Source: Bacteroidota bacterium
GTDB taxonomy: Bacteria > Bacteroidota > Bacteroidia > AKYH767-A > OLB10
Length of the DNA: 64,000 nucleotides
Direction: 5' to 3'
Assembly (NCBI GenBank): GCA_046052065.1
Contig: JBJOND010000003.1
Coordinates: 663 to 64,662, forward strand
Part shown: positions 37,710 to 49,700 of the stretch, piece after piece
Layout: every line of letters starts with the position of its first letter
Numbering within the stretch: position 1 is the first letter of the stretch
Program-made: the position numbers and the translations under genes
Notes under the pieces: model-generated
Seen by the model: only the letters and a program-made list of their open reading frames with translations
The model's database searches: none
Told to the model about the DNA's origin: nothing

Positions 37710-39083
37710 TTATTTAGCTGTAGTTATAATCCAATCTTTTAAAGGTTCACAGGCCTGATATTCTTCTGTAATACGAACATAGGTTGAAGCTACTTTTTTA
37801 TTTTTCCAGGTTTGCAAGGCTGTGTTTTGCTTTTCGCTTAACGTAAGCTCTTGCAATTTAGGATAGTCATCAGTCAGATTCATTTGATGAGGTTCTGATC
37901 TGCTCATTAACTTTAATATTCGATATGCTTGCTTACCATCTCGAGTAGTAATTAACGTTGCAGATGATACTTCTCCAACAGCCATTTTATCAATAGCGAA
38001 AAGTACATTTGGGTCAACCTGGTCTGATTCAAATTTGGTTGCACCAGTGGTAGGGTTAATCACATTTCCACCACTCATTTTAGTTTCTGTATCATCAGAA
38101 AACTTTTCCGCTGCTTCGTTAAACGAAAATTTATTTACACGAATTAAATTAGCAATGCTATCTGAAAACAATTGAGCACTTACCAGATCTTCTGCTTGAG
38201 TTACTGCTCGCAAAAGAATATGACGAACATTAATCTTTTCACCTCTGCGTTCTATCAATTGAATGATGTGATAGCCAAACGGTGATTCAATAATTTCAGA
38301 AATTTCAATATTGTTTTTTAATTTAAAAGCCGCTGCACTGAATTCAGGCACAAGGTCGCCCCTGTTAACAAAGCCTAATTCGCCTCCTTGCTTCGCACTT
38401 TCAATATCTTGAGAGTAAAGAACCGCAAGCGTTGAAAAATCTTCTCCGTTTATAATACGATCACGAATGGACCTTAATTTATCCTTTGCCTCTTTTTTTT
38501 GCGCTTCACTTACTGGAACATAATGAATAATTTGAGCATATTCCATTTCAGCATTTACATACGGTAAACTGTCCTTCGGTATTTTATTAAAGAAGGTTTT
38601 GACATCAGAAGGCGATGAACTAATACCCTTGGTAACTTTACTTTGCATTTGCTGTGCAAGTAACTGCTCTCTGATTAATGGCTTAAATTCTTCTTTCAAT
38701 TCAGCCACTGATTTACCATAGTATTGTTCTAATTTTTCTACAGAGCCAATTTGCTGGATGAAGTAGGAGAGGTTGCTTTCGATTTTTTGATTCACCTGCG
38801 AATCATCAACAGTTAAACTGTCAATATTTGCCTGATGTAATAATAGTTTATTCAACAAAAGCTGGTCTAGAATACGACATTTTAAATTGGCGTCATCAGG
38901 ATTTCCTTGAGCAATCAACTGTGCATACTGTGATTCTACTTCTGACTTCAATACGATATTGTTGCCAACTACCCCCACAATTTGATCAACGATATTTCCA
39001 GATGTCTGAGAAAAAGATTGATTTGAGAAAAGTATAATTAGTAATAGGAATAATTTATTTTTTAGGTAATAAAATCTCGACAT
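37710..39083 (-). CDS. SurA-like periplasmic chaperone / parvulin peptidyl-prolyl isomerase
   Basis: Signal peptide, SurA N-terminal-like region, and parvulin segment GGELGFVNRGDLVPEF..FGYHIIQL. Confidence 0.8.
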   Translation of the reverse strand: MSRFYYLKNKLFLLLIILFSNQSFSQTSGNIVDQIVGVVGNNIVLKSEVESQYAQLIAQGNPDDANLKCRILDQLLLNKLLLHQANIDSLTVDDSQVNQKIESNLSYFIQQIGSVEKLEQYYGKSVAELKEEFKPLIREQLLAQQMQSKVTKGISSSPSDVKTFFNKIPKDSLPYVNAEMEYAQIIHYVPVSEAQKKEAKDKLRSIRDRIINGEDFSTLAVLYSQDIESAKQGGELGFVNRGDLVPEFSAAAFKLKNNIEISEIIESPFGYHIIQLIERRGEKINVRHILLRAVTQAEDLVSAQLFSDSIANLIRVNKFSFNEAAEKFSDDTETKMSGGNVINPTTGATKFESDQVDPNVLFAIDKMAVGEVSSATLITTRDGKQAYRILKLMSRSEPHQMNLTDDYPKLQELTLSEKQNTALQTWKNKKVASTYVRITEEYQACEPLKDWIITTAK

Positions 39084-39954
39084 CTTTTTCTTTTATTGCA
39101 GTGTTGTAAGCGTCTTTTTCCATTTTAGCAATAAGGTCTAGTTTACGCTTGTTGATAATCAAATTTCGTATGTTGTCAGTTTCAAAATTCAATGGTGATA
39201 AACTCTCTTTAATTTTGAATCCCTTAATATTAATGAAATAAATTGAAGTAGAATCGGTCACTTCAATAAATCGGTTGTTTTTTAAATATTGCTCCTTATC
39301 ATAGGCGCTAATAGGGGCCTTCTTTAGTAAGTCATCAAATAGCAACCATTCGTTTTCATTGAAATAATAATCGGTTGCATATTGATAACAGTAATCTTGT
39401 AATAGTTGCTTTTCTTTTTCTTTTTCTGATTTATACAACACACGTAAGCGATCAATCTTTGGAGCATTTTGAGGCACTCTTACGAAAATACACTTTACGA
39501 TATTGTCTCTTAATTGAAAGTTTTCTGGATGTTCGCTGTAGTATTTTTCAATTTCTTCTGATGAAATAGTTGTATCAAGTTTTTCTCTAATGTATTCTCG
39601 CTCGTAAGCATAGGCCATAAGTGAATTACGGTATTCTTCTAGTTGTTCATCTACATTTTTTAATTCTTCATCCAGATTATCTTCAGCGAGTTTTAAGATT
39701 ACTTGTTTTTGAAGCCAGTTTTGAATGTAGCTTTGAAGAATTGTAATACTATCTTTTTTTGATGTGCCTGCAGGAATACTTTTCTTAACATCTTCCAGAT
39801 AAAGCTCCTTATCGTAAGCCTTTGCAATGATAGTTTTATCTGATGTTGCCTTTTTATCTTTGTTACATGCAACTGAAAAAAACAAACCGATCACTCCGCA
39901 AACAACAACAAGGTTATTCAGAAAGCGATCGGTATATTTTATTTTAAATGTCAT
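39055..39954 (-). CDS. Hypothetical lipoprotein, possibly a SurA-N-like chaperone domain
   Basis: Lipobox FSVAC. Sits between two PPIase genes. No parvulin motif was seen. Confidence 0.45.
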   Translation of the reverse strand: MTFKIKYTDRFLNNLVVVCGVIGLFFSVACNKDKKATSDKTIIAKAYDKELYLEDVKKSIPAGTSKKDSITILQSYIQNWLQKQVILKLAEDNLDEELKNVDEQLEEYRNSLMAYAYEREYIREKLDTTISSEEIEKYYSEHPENFQLRDNIVKCIFVRVPQNAPKIDRLRVLYKSEKEKEKQLLQDYCYQYATDYYFNENEWLLFDDLLKKAPISAYDKEQYLKNNRFIEVTDSTSIYFINIKGFKIKESLSPLNFETDNIRNLIINKRKLDLIAKMEKDAYNTAIKEKDVEILLPKK

Positions 39955-42017
39955 TATTTAGTCCAGATCGTTTGAAGGATTTCCTGGTTGATTTTTACAG
40001 GATATTTCGTTTTTAATTCATCTACCCATTCTTTTTCAAGTGAAGTCTGATAATCCGAAGTCACTAATCCTTTTGCTTCGTTCAACGATTTTGGCATTGG
40101 AGGTAAAACTTTTAAATCAACCACATACCAATTGTTAGAAATAGTTATCGGGTTACTAATTCCTTGAACCCAATTTGTTTTTTCAATTAAATCACTTTCG
40201 TTGTGTGAGTATTTTGCTTCTTTCTTAGTGATTGCATTTGGAGTCTTTTTGTTGATGGCTGCCATAATATCATCCATCGACTTTTTACCTTTTACTAATT
40301 GCTTTCTGAAATCAGCAGCGGTTGTTTCGTTGTTACATTGGAAAATAGTTGCATTGCAACGCTCTCCCCACATATAATTATTTTGTGTAGATTCATGAAA
40401 CTCCTGTAATCCGATAGTGTCTTTTACAGCTTTCGTCCAAACCATTTTGTCTGTTAAATCAAACAATAAGATACCATCTCTGTATTCTTTCATTAGGTTT
40501 TTAAAGTCAACATATTTGTTATCTAAACGTGCCTCTTCAAATGCTAATACTTCTTCTTGCAACCATTGGTCGTACATGCTATATCCTATAGACTGTGGAT
40601 TGCTACTAGCTCGTTTTGTTTGATGCGTAGAAATATATTTAGCAAAATCTTGAACCGAATAATTTTTAACCGTACCTGTTGAGTCGCTTAGCGAGAACAA
40701 ATTGCCATTAAAGTTATCTGCTTTTTTCAAATCCCATTCTCCGTTTGTTAATGAGGTGTCAAGTGTATTGATAAAAGCATCTTTCGATTTAGCTACTTCT
40801 TTAAAACGATATTCCATTTTAATTTTATTCACCATACTCATACGACTTGTTTCATTTCTACTGTCACGCATAATCATCTGACGTAGCTCTCCTTTTTTCT
40901 CATCAAAGCTTGGCATGCCTCGTTTTTCTAAACGCTTTATGATATGCCATCCGTAAGTAGTCTTAACTATATTAGAAATCTCGCCATCCTTTTGCATTGC
41001 AAATGCCACCTTTTCAAATTCAGGAACCATTCTTCCTGTTCCAAACCAAGGTAACTCGCCTCCTTTCTTTGCAGAAGCTTTGTCTTCACTATATTTTGTT
41101 ACAACTGAATCCCAAGGCATCCCAGTTTTTAACATAGATTGTGCTTCTTTAATTTTTGATTCAGCTATTTTGATGATTGAATCATTCGCATCCTTAGGCA
41201 TTCTCACCATTAAGTGCGCAACATGAATTTCTCCTTGAGCGGCGCGCATGTCCATTGTTTTAATGATGTGATAACCAAAACGGGTTCTTACTGGTAAAGT
41301 AACCTGGCCAATTTTGTTGTTGTATGCTGCAGTTTCAAACGGATAAACCATTTGCATTCCTGTGAAATAGCCTAAGTCACCGCCGTTATCTTTTGCTGAG
41401 GGATCTTCGCTTGAGTCACGAGCAACTTTTGCAAAGTCAGCACCTTTTAAAATCATATCGCGAATTTTCATTGCACGATTATAGGCTAGAACTGTATCCT
41501 TTGGAAGTGCTTCATTGCCACACTTAATCAAAATATGACTAGCACGTACATCATTTTTCAAACGGTTGTAAGCTTCCTGAATTAATTGCTCACTTACATT
41601 TTTATCTGTTAGATAAGGTTGTGCTAATTGTTTTCTGTAACCAGCTAATTCTGTTTTAAATGTTTCGCTAGTATCCATTTTTAAGGCTTCTGCTTCCTTA
41701 ACTTTCAATTTATAATTGATATATAAATCTAAGTAATCACGTACTGATTTTTCAGTAAATACTGTGTCTTTATTGTTCTTCTTGAAAACACGTTCAAATT
41801 CCGAACGAGGTACTTGTTCTTCGCCAACACTTAACAAAATTGGGTCGATAACAGGTTTTGGAGCAACAACAGGTGCCGCCTGGTTTCCAGCCTTTGCTGC
41901 AGGCTTTGCTGATGGCGCAGATTTCAATCCTTTTGATTCAGAATTTACTTGAGCAAACGAGCAGGTACTTGCAAACAAAGAGATTAAAATTACTGGTAAT
42001 ACAAACGCTTTTTTCAT
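39954..42017 (-). CDS. PpiC-type peptidyl-prolyl cis-trans isomerase with two parvulin domains
   Basis: Signal peptide. GGDLGYFTGMQMVYPFE..FGYHIIK and GGELPWFGTGRMVPEFE..YGWHIIK. Confidence 0.8.
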   Translation of the reverse strand: MKKAFVLPVILISLFASTCSFAQVNSESKGLKSAPSAKPAAKAGNQAAPVVAPKPVIDPILLSVGEEQVPRSEFERVFKKNNKDTVFTEKSVRDYLDLYINYKLKVKEAEALKMDTSETFKTELAGYRKQLAQPYLTDKNVSEQLIQEAYNRLKNDVRASHILIKCGNEALPKDTVLAYNRAMKIRDMILKGADFAKVARDSSEDPSAKDNGGDLGYFTGMQMVYPFETAAYNNKIGQVTLPVRTRFGYHIIKTMDMRAAQGEIHVAHLMVRMPKDANDSIIKIAESKIKEAQSMLKTGMPWDSVVTKYSEDKASAKKGGELPWFGTGRMVPEFEKVAFAMQKDGEISNIVKTTYGWHIIKRLEKRGMPSFDEKKGELRQMIMRDSRNETSRMSMVNKIKMEYRFKEVAKSKDAFINTLDTSLTNGEWDLKKADNFNGNLFSLSDSTGTVKNYSVQDFAKYISTHQTKRASSNPQSIGYSMYDQWLQEEVLAFEEARLDNKYVDFKNLMKEYRDGILLFDLTDKMVWTKAVKDTIGLQEFHESTQNNYMWGERCNATIFQCNNETTAADFRKQLVKGKKSMDDIMAAINKKTPNAITKKEAKYSHNESDLIEKTNWVQGISNPITISNNWYVVDLKVLPPMPKSLNEAKGLVTSDYQTSLEKEWVDELKTKYPVKINQEILQTIWTK

Positions 42018-42149
42018 TCTATTAAATTATTAATTTTAAGAGTGGACAAATGTAATCAAGTATTGCCTTTAGCAGACATGATTAGCATTTTATTTTATGA
42101 AATTAGAGTGAAAAACAATCACTCCTGTTAATCAAATGTTAAACGGATT

Positions 42150-43619
42150 TTAGCGACTATAATTAGGTGCTTCACGAATGATAGATACGTCGTGAGGATG
42201 ACTTTCTTTAATACCACTAGAGGTGATTTTAATAAACTGCGCTGATTGCAAATCTTTGATTCCCTTAGCACCGCAATAACCCATCGAAGCTTTTAACCCT
42301 CCAACAAGCTGATAAACCTCTTCACCAACTGTTCCTTTGTAGGGTACACGACCAACAATTCCCTCAGGAACCAGCTTCTTAATATCATCTTCTGCATCCT
42401 GAAAATAGCGATCCTTGCTACCTTGTTTCATCGCTTCAATGGATCCCATTCCACGATAAACCTTGAACTTTCTTCCCTCGTAAATCATCGTTTCTCCCGG
42501 TGATTCTTCTGTTCCCGCTAAAAGAGAACCTACCATAACTGTTGATGCACCTGCAGCCAATGCCTTTGGAACATCGCCTGTAAAACGAATTCCTCCATCA
42601 GCAATTACGGGTACTCCTGTGTTTTTTAAAGCTGTTGCTACTTCCAATACAGCCCATAATTGAGGTACGCCAACGCCTGCAATAACACGAGTGGTACATA
42701 TAGAACCAGGACCAATTCCTACTTTAACGGCATCAGCTCCTGCCTTAACTAAGGCTCTTGCAGCATCAGCTGTAGCTATATTTCCAACTACGCATTGTAA
42801 TTCTGGGTAGGTCTTTTTTACTTTCTTCAATGTTTCTATTACACCCTTCGAATGTCCATGTGCCGTATCAATTACGATGGCATCAACTCCTGCCTCTTTT
42901 AAGGCTTTTACGCGATCAAGTGTATCGGCAGTAACACCAACAGCAGCGGCAACACGTAATCGTCCAAATTCATCTTTGCATGAGTTTGGTCGCGATTTAA
43001 ACTTGATAATATCTTTATAAGTAATCAATCCAATTAACTTACCCGTTTTATCAACAACGGGTAGTTTTTCAATTTTATGTTCTTGTAAAATCAACTCTGC
43101 TTTTTGAAGTGAAGTAACTCCCTTCGCTACAATTAAATTTTCTGAAGTCATCACTTGACTTACTCTCTTTTTTGCATCTTTTTCAAAACGCAAATCGCGG
43201 TTAGTTAAAATACCAACTAATTTATTTTGCTTGTTGATGATAGGAATACCGCCAATTTTATTCTCACGCATTATTTTTAATGCATCGCCAATAGTCGCAT
43301 TTTCTTCTAAGGTAACAGGATCCTGAATCATTCCACTTTCACTTCGCTTTACTTTTCGGACTTCGGCCGCCTGTTGTTCAATACTCATGTTTTTATGTAA
43401 CACGCCAATACCGCCCTCTTGAGCCATTGCAATTGCCATTGCAGACTCTGTAACAGTATCCATTGCTGCAGAGATAATTGGAATGTTAATCGGAATTTTA
43501 CGAGTAAAAAGACTAGTAGTGTTTGTGTCTCTCGGCATAATTTCCGAGTAGGCTGGAACTAATAAAACATCGTCGTAGGTGAGGCCTTCGCCAATAAATT
43601 TAGGGGTGTTCTTTTTCAT
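42150..43619 (-). CDS. guaB: IMP dehydrogenase
   Basis: [10 protein letters not shown], a CBS pair, and the catalytic loop [11 protein letters not shown]. The start at MKKNTPKF is preferred over the track's extended start at 43649. Confidence 0.93.
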   Translation of the reverse strand: MKKNTPKFIGEGLTYDDVLLVPAYSEIMPRDTNTTSLFTRKIPINIPIISAAMDTVTESAMAIAMAQEGGIGVLHKNMSIEQQAAEVRKVKRSESGMIQDPVTLEENATIGDALKIMRENKIGGIPIINKQNKLVGILTNRDLRFEKDAKKRVSQVMTSENLIVAKGVTSLQKAELILQEHKIEKLPVVDKTGKLIGLITYKDIIKFKSRPNSCKDEFGRLRVAAAVGVTADTLDRVKALKEAGVDAIVIDTAHGHSKGVIETLKKVKKTYPELQCVVGNIATADAARALVKAGADAVKVGIGPGSICTTRVIAGVGVPQLWAVLEVATALKNTGVPVIADGGIRFTGDVPKALAAGASTVMVGSLLAGTEESPGETMIYEGRKFKVYRGMGSIEAMKQGSKDRYFQDAEDDIKKLVPEGIVGRVPYKGTVGEEVYQLVGGLKASMGYCGAKGIKDLQSAQFIKITSSGIKESHPHDVSIIREAPNYSR

Positions 43620-43656
43620 AAAGAATTGAAAGTGTTTATTGGCGAGCAAAGATAAT

Positions 43657-43686
43657 AAAAAAAGGTCACCTGGGGAGGTGACCTTT
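43657..43686 (-). terminator. Rho-independent terminator of the giant adhesin gene
   Basis: On the minus strand: aaaggtcacc-tcccca-ggtgaccttt followed by a T run. Confidence 0.8.
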
Positions 43687-43705
43687 TACACGCATTGACC
43701 GGAAA

Positions 43706-46700
43706 TTACCGTAACAGTGTTACGGACCCGTTCTTTTCGATCTCCTGACCGCTCGTTCCGAAAATACGAACGTTGTACACATAAGTGCCTTCAGGAGCGA
43801 GCGTTCCATCGAACGTCCCGTCCCAACCCTCTTCAGGGTTATTGGTCTCGAATACTTTCTGTCCCCATCGATTAAACACGATGAAGAAATAATTTTTAGC
43901 ATCTACATAAATGAAGCTTGGCTTGAATATCCCATTTTTTCCACCAGGAGTAAACCCTGAAGGAACATATACTTTAGGTTCTTGTATTAAGCAAATCTCA
44001 TTCGATGAGCTCGTATCTGTGAATCCATAAATATTTCCGCCACCTTCATAAGCTTCTACACGGTAACAGAAGCGTCCTGTTGTTTGGAATATAGAAGAGA
44101 CATCATCAATATAAGCTTGCTGACCAAATGGTAAGATTGCAGCAGGAACTAGTTGCCATGTATCGTCAATTTTTCTGAATAAGGAATAATTGCTTACACC
44201 ACCTAACCATTCTTCGTAATCGTTATACTTGAGACTGTTTGTTAGATTTTTTTCAGCTAAACCGCTAAGTAATATAGTTCTTCCTAGATTACTAATTAAT
44301 ACTTCGTTTCCGCATGAGTCCACAGTAACTATTCTATAGTAATAACTATACTGATTAGTTCTTGCTGTGAAGTCAGAGAATGTTAAATCAGGTAAACCAG
44401 AATAAGTTTGAACTGCTACGGTTGAGAATGGACCTGTTTTTTCAAAAGCACGCTGTAGTTTATACTTGCTGACATCAGGTTGTTTTAATGTATCCACATA
44501 AGCAGTTACAATTACTCTGCGTAAATCGATTACCGTTGCTTTACGCAAATAACCAAATGTAGGTAACACCAATAAATTAGCAGTATCACTTGCTTGCGTT
44601 GATATAGCTGTTTTAGTATTGTCATTTCCAACAACCTGTATATAGTAATTATAAATAGAACCGTTGGTCAATGTATTATGGCTGTAAGTTATATTCGTTG
44701 CAGGTACACTTGCCAACAATGTTATTGGACCTCCATTTTCACTCACAAACACATTATATCCAGCAACACCTCCAGGCATATTAATAAACGGATTCCATTG
44801 TAGGTCGATAGCATACTTACATACATCTAACTTAGCTTTCAAGAACATCGTATTTTGAGAAAGTCCAATACTACTGCGATTACCACAACTGTCGTAAGCA
44901 GCAATGCTGTAAAGCTGCGATCCATTCTGAACAGCAGGATCAACGAATGAGAAGCTTGTACTATTGGCACCTGTTACAGCCCCAATTGAATCCCAACTAG
45001 CTCCATTGAAGTTATAGATGATATAACCTTCTACATCACCTGATGTACTAGGAATCCAACTAATATTAACATTTGTTCCAGTCGGCGTACTTAAACTAAC
45101 GGTATCCATTACCGAAACATTTGGTTTGGTAATATCTTTAAATAAATCACCATCAATTGATGAGTTAGAAATACATCCGGATTGATCTCCTGTACTCACA
45201 TAATAGTTAATGATTGCAGAGCATACATTGATAGTATCTGACCAATCATAGTCAGGTGCAGTAGTAGTTCCAATTTTAGACCATGTACCTGTAGGATATT
45301 CTTTGTAAACATCATAGGTTAAAGTGGCGGTTGCCAATTCAGGATCATGTAAAGGATTCCAGCGAATAAATGCAACACCGTTGTTGTTAATCACATTCAC
45401 TCGAATCGTTCTAAGTGTATCGGTTACAGGTGATGTTTCACCACCACATGCTGTTTGGGTGGTGATATAGTAGTAAATGCTGTTGTTTTGAGCATTCGCA
45501 CCAATATGGGTGTAGCTAAGAGTATTGTAATTGTTTACTGTTTGAATTTTTGCAAATGGTCCGTTAGGATTTGCAGAGGAGTAAATCTGATAATTTCCAA
45601 ATCGCATTCCTGTATCAACAGGAGCAATCCATGTTAAAGTAACATCTCCATTTGGTAAAACAGACGCACATCTTAATTCAGGTGATGTTGGTATTGTATG
45701 ATCGACAAATGTTTCACCATCATAGTTCGACATAGAAATACAAAATGTATCTTCTAAACTTACTCTATAATTTACGGAATCGATACATAATGTTAATGGC
45801 TCAGTAAATGTTGTTGCTGTTACATTGCCAGCAACAGTCCAATTACCACTTCCCGCAGGTTGTTCTCTTTCTACTGTATAAGTATTGCTTGTATTTGGCA
45901 ATAATGGAGTAGATGGAGCATTCCAATTTAAGTTAGCTGTTGTAGTATTTGCGCCTGTTACTTTTAGATAAATTGAACTGATTGTATTTCCTAAGGTGCC
46001 ATTGTCAACCTGTCCAGAACATCCTGACTTTGTTACTAAGTAATAACTCACCGATCCATTGTAGCCATTCGCTGTATTATCGGTGTAAGTTACAGCAGAA
46101 TTATTTTGAACAGAGTCAATCAAAGTGAATCCAGTACCTGTATTTCTGTAGATATTAAATTGATTGAAATTAACCCAAGATCCTGATAAAACCCCTTTCC
46201 ATGTCAACTGTATTTGGCCGCCCGGAGAAATCACACTTGCGCAATGTAATTCTGGGTTGCCAATAATATTTCCTATGTAAGTAAATAAGTTCGTGTCAAT
46301 ATTTGATGTCGATATACAGCCACTATTATCAGCTATTTTAATCTGATAATGTATAGTTGTGTCGCAATTGTTGATTGGCTGACTATAAACTAACCTATTG
46401 GTATCACCATAAAGCTGTAAGTTGCCAGTGGTATTGTAAGATGACCACACATCATATTGACCTGTAGTTGTTGTACCAGGAATTGGATTCGCTAATGCCG
46501 TCCAATTTAAATTAGCAGTTCCTAATGCAGGAGTTGTAGATAGATAAATTGAACTTAATGTTTGTGAATTTGATGCGCTGTTAATCTGTCCACTACAGCC
46601 AGATTGCGTAAGCATGTAGTAGCTATACGATTGGTTATTTCCATTTGCAGTAGCATCTAAATAGGTTGTAGCAGCAAAGTTGGATACAGAATCTAATTTC

Positions 46701-49700
46701 GTAAATCCAGCCCCGTTATCTCTCCATATTTCAAACTCATTGAAGTTGATACTTGAACCAGTAGGAGGGATAAAACTAAGTTGTATTTGTCCATTAGATT
46801 GAACGCTAACACAACGTAAGTCAGGATTGTTAATCACATTACCTAAGTAAGTGTATAAGTTAGCATCAATATTAGATGTTGATATACAACCACTATTGTC
46901 CGCAAGTTTAATTTGATGACTAAGAGTTGTATCGCAATTGTTAATTGGCTGACTATAGACTAATCTATTGGTATCTCCATAAAACTGCAAGTTTCCTGTA
47001 GCATTATAAGATGACCAAATATCATACTGTCCTGTCGTTGAAGTTGCAGGAATCGGATTTGCTAATGCTGTCCAACTTAGGTTCGCTGTCCCTAATGCCG
47101 GTGTGGCTGTTAAGTAAATTGAACTTAATGTTTGTGAATTTGATGCGCTGTTAATCTGTCCACTACAACCAGATTGCGTAAGCATGTAATAGCTATACGA
47201 TTGGTTGTTTCCATTTGCAGTAGCATCTAGATATGTAGTAGCAGCAAAGTTGGATACAGAATCTAATTTCGTAAATCCAGCACCGTTATCTCTCCAAATT
47301 TCAAACTCATTGAAGTTGATGCTTGAACCAGTAGGAGGGATAAAACTTAATTGTATTTGCCCATTAGGTTGAACGCTAACACATCGTAAGTCAGGATTGT
47401 TAATTACATTACCTAAGTAAGTATATAGGTTAGCATCTATATTAGATGTTGAAATACAACCGCTGTTATCTGCTAATTTAATTTGATGACTAAGTGTTGT
47501 GTCGCAATTTACTATTGGCTGACTATAAACTAATCTATTGGTATCTCCATAAAACTGTAAGTTTCCTGTAGCATTATAAGATGACCAAACATCATATTGC
47601 CCTGTCGTTGAAGTTGCAGGAATCGGATTCGCTAATGCTGTCCAGCTTAGGTTCGCTGTTCCTAATGCAGGCGTAGCTGTTAAGTAAATTGAACTTAATG
47701 TTTGCGAATTTGATGTACTGTTAATCTGTCCACTACAACCAGATTGCGTAAGCATGTAATAGCTATACGATTGGTTATTTCCATTTGCAGAAGCATCTAA
47801 ATAGGTAGTAGCTGCAAAGTTGGATACAGAATCTAATTTCGTAAATCCAGCACCGTTATCTCTCCATATTTCAAATTCATTAAAATTGGTATTAGAACCA
47901 GCAGGAGGAATAAAGCTTAATTGTATTTGTCCATTTGATTGAACGCTAACGCATCGTAAGTCAGGGTTTGCTATGATATTTCCTATATAAGTATATAAGT
48001 TAGTATCTATATTGGATGTAGATATGCAACCACTGTTGTCGGCTAATTTAATTTGATGACGGAGTGTTGTATCGCAATTGTTGATTGGCTGACTATAAAC
48101 TAATCTATTGGTATCTCCATAAAACTGTAAGTTTCCTGTAGCATTGTAAGATGACCATACATCATATTGTCCTGTAGTTGACGATGCAGGAATTGGATTC
48201 GCTAATGCTGTCCAACTTAAGTTCGATGTTCCTAATGCCGGTGTGGCTGTTAAGTAAATTGAGCTTAATGTTTGAGAATTTGATGTGCTGTTGACCTGTC
48301 CCGTACAACCAGATTGTGATAATAAATAATAGCTGTAAGATTGACTATTACCATTTGCCGTAATATCCAAATAAGTGGTAGAAGCAAAGTTCGATACAGA
48401 ATCTAATTTCGTAAATCCAGTTCCGTTATCTCTCCATATTTCAAACTCATTAAAATTAGCACTTGATCCAGCTGGAGGAATAAAGCTTAATTGTATTTGT
48501 CCATTTGCTTGAACACTAACACAACGCAAGTCAGGGTTTACAACTACATTTCCTAAATAGGTGAAAACACCATTTGCAGCCGACGATACAGATGTACATG
48601 GTGCATTGTCAGCAATTTCAATGGTATACTCGTAAGGTACGTTACATGTTGTGATATTATCGATGTAGTTAAGGTTACTGGTTGTTCCAATTTGAGCATA
48701 AGCCCCAACTCCAGTTGTTCTTCTTTTAACGATATAAGTTCCGCTTGATGATGCTAACAATGGATTGCTCATCGCATTCCAGTTCAATGTTGCACTTCCA
48801 AGAGTTGCGTTGCTAACGGATAAATAAATGGAGGCTAATGTATCTCCTGTACTTCCGTTATCTGCTAAACCAGAACATCCCGAAAGGGTTTTCAAATAGT
48901 AATATTTAGAACCTACATTAGCATTAGCACCAACATGTAACCATGAAGTAGTTGCATAACTGTTTACAGTTCCAACTAGCGTATATGGTCCAGCTAAAGC
49001 AGCTGCAGAATAGATTTGATATTTCGAGAAGAAATTATCTGGGTCAGATGGTGCTACCCATGTCAGCTGTACATCACCGTTAAGTTGTACTGCTAAACAT
49101 CGAAGTGAAGGATTATCAAGAATATCACCTACCGATGTAAATTGGTTAGCAGAATCTGAGGAGGTAGATATGCATCCTGATGCATCTGCAATTTCCACTT
49201 TGTATTGAATGGTGGTATCACATAGGGTTATTGTATCTCTGAAAGTAAGCGCCGCGGTTGTACCTCGTAATACCCAAGGCAAGCTAGGCACCACTCTTCT
49301 GTATACTTTATATTGTCCACTACTTGTAGCAGGTAACGGAACTCGAAGTGCGTTCCACGATAAATCAGCAAAGCCGACAGTTGCATTGTTCAAGATTAAC
49401 TTAATTGATGATAAACTATCTGATGTAGTAGGTGAGTCGAACGTAGTAGTAACATCGCATCCAGCTTTAGTTCTTATGTAATAAAAATGTGGCTGTGCAT
49501 TTCCTTGCGCACCTACGTGGGTAAAGGTGTTTGCACCGTAATTGGTAACGGTTCCTATTTGAGTATAAGGACCTGCTTTGGCAAGTGAATGATAAATTTT
49601 ATACTCCGCAAATGCTCCTGCAGTATCGAGTGTTCCAATCCAGCTTAATTGGATATCTTCATTTGGTAAAACACTAACGCATCGCAATGATGGCGGAGTG

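Noticed and set aside
43620-43649. Extended start of guaB (MLANKHFQFF)
   Set aside because: The conserved [10 protein letters not shown] motif is normally about 10-15 residues from the N-terminus, and MKKNTPKF fits that spacing.
46259-48538. Regular 570-bp repeats as a CRISPR array or non-coding satellite
   Set aside because: The period is far too long for CRISPR and there is no repeat/spacer alternation. The repeats are in frame within one uninterrupted 2665-aa ORF.
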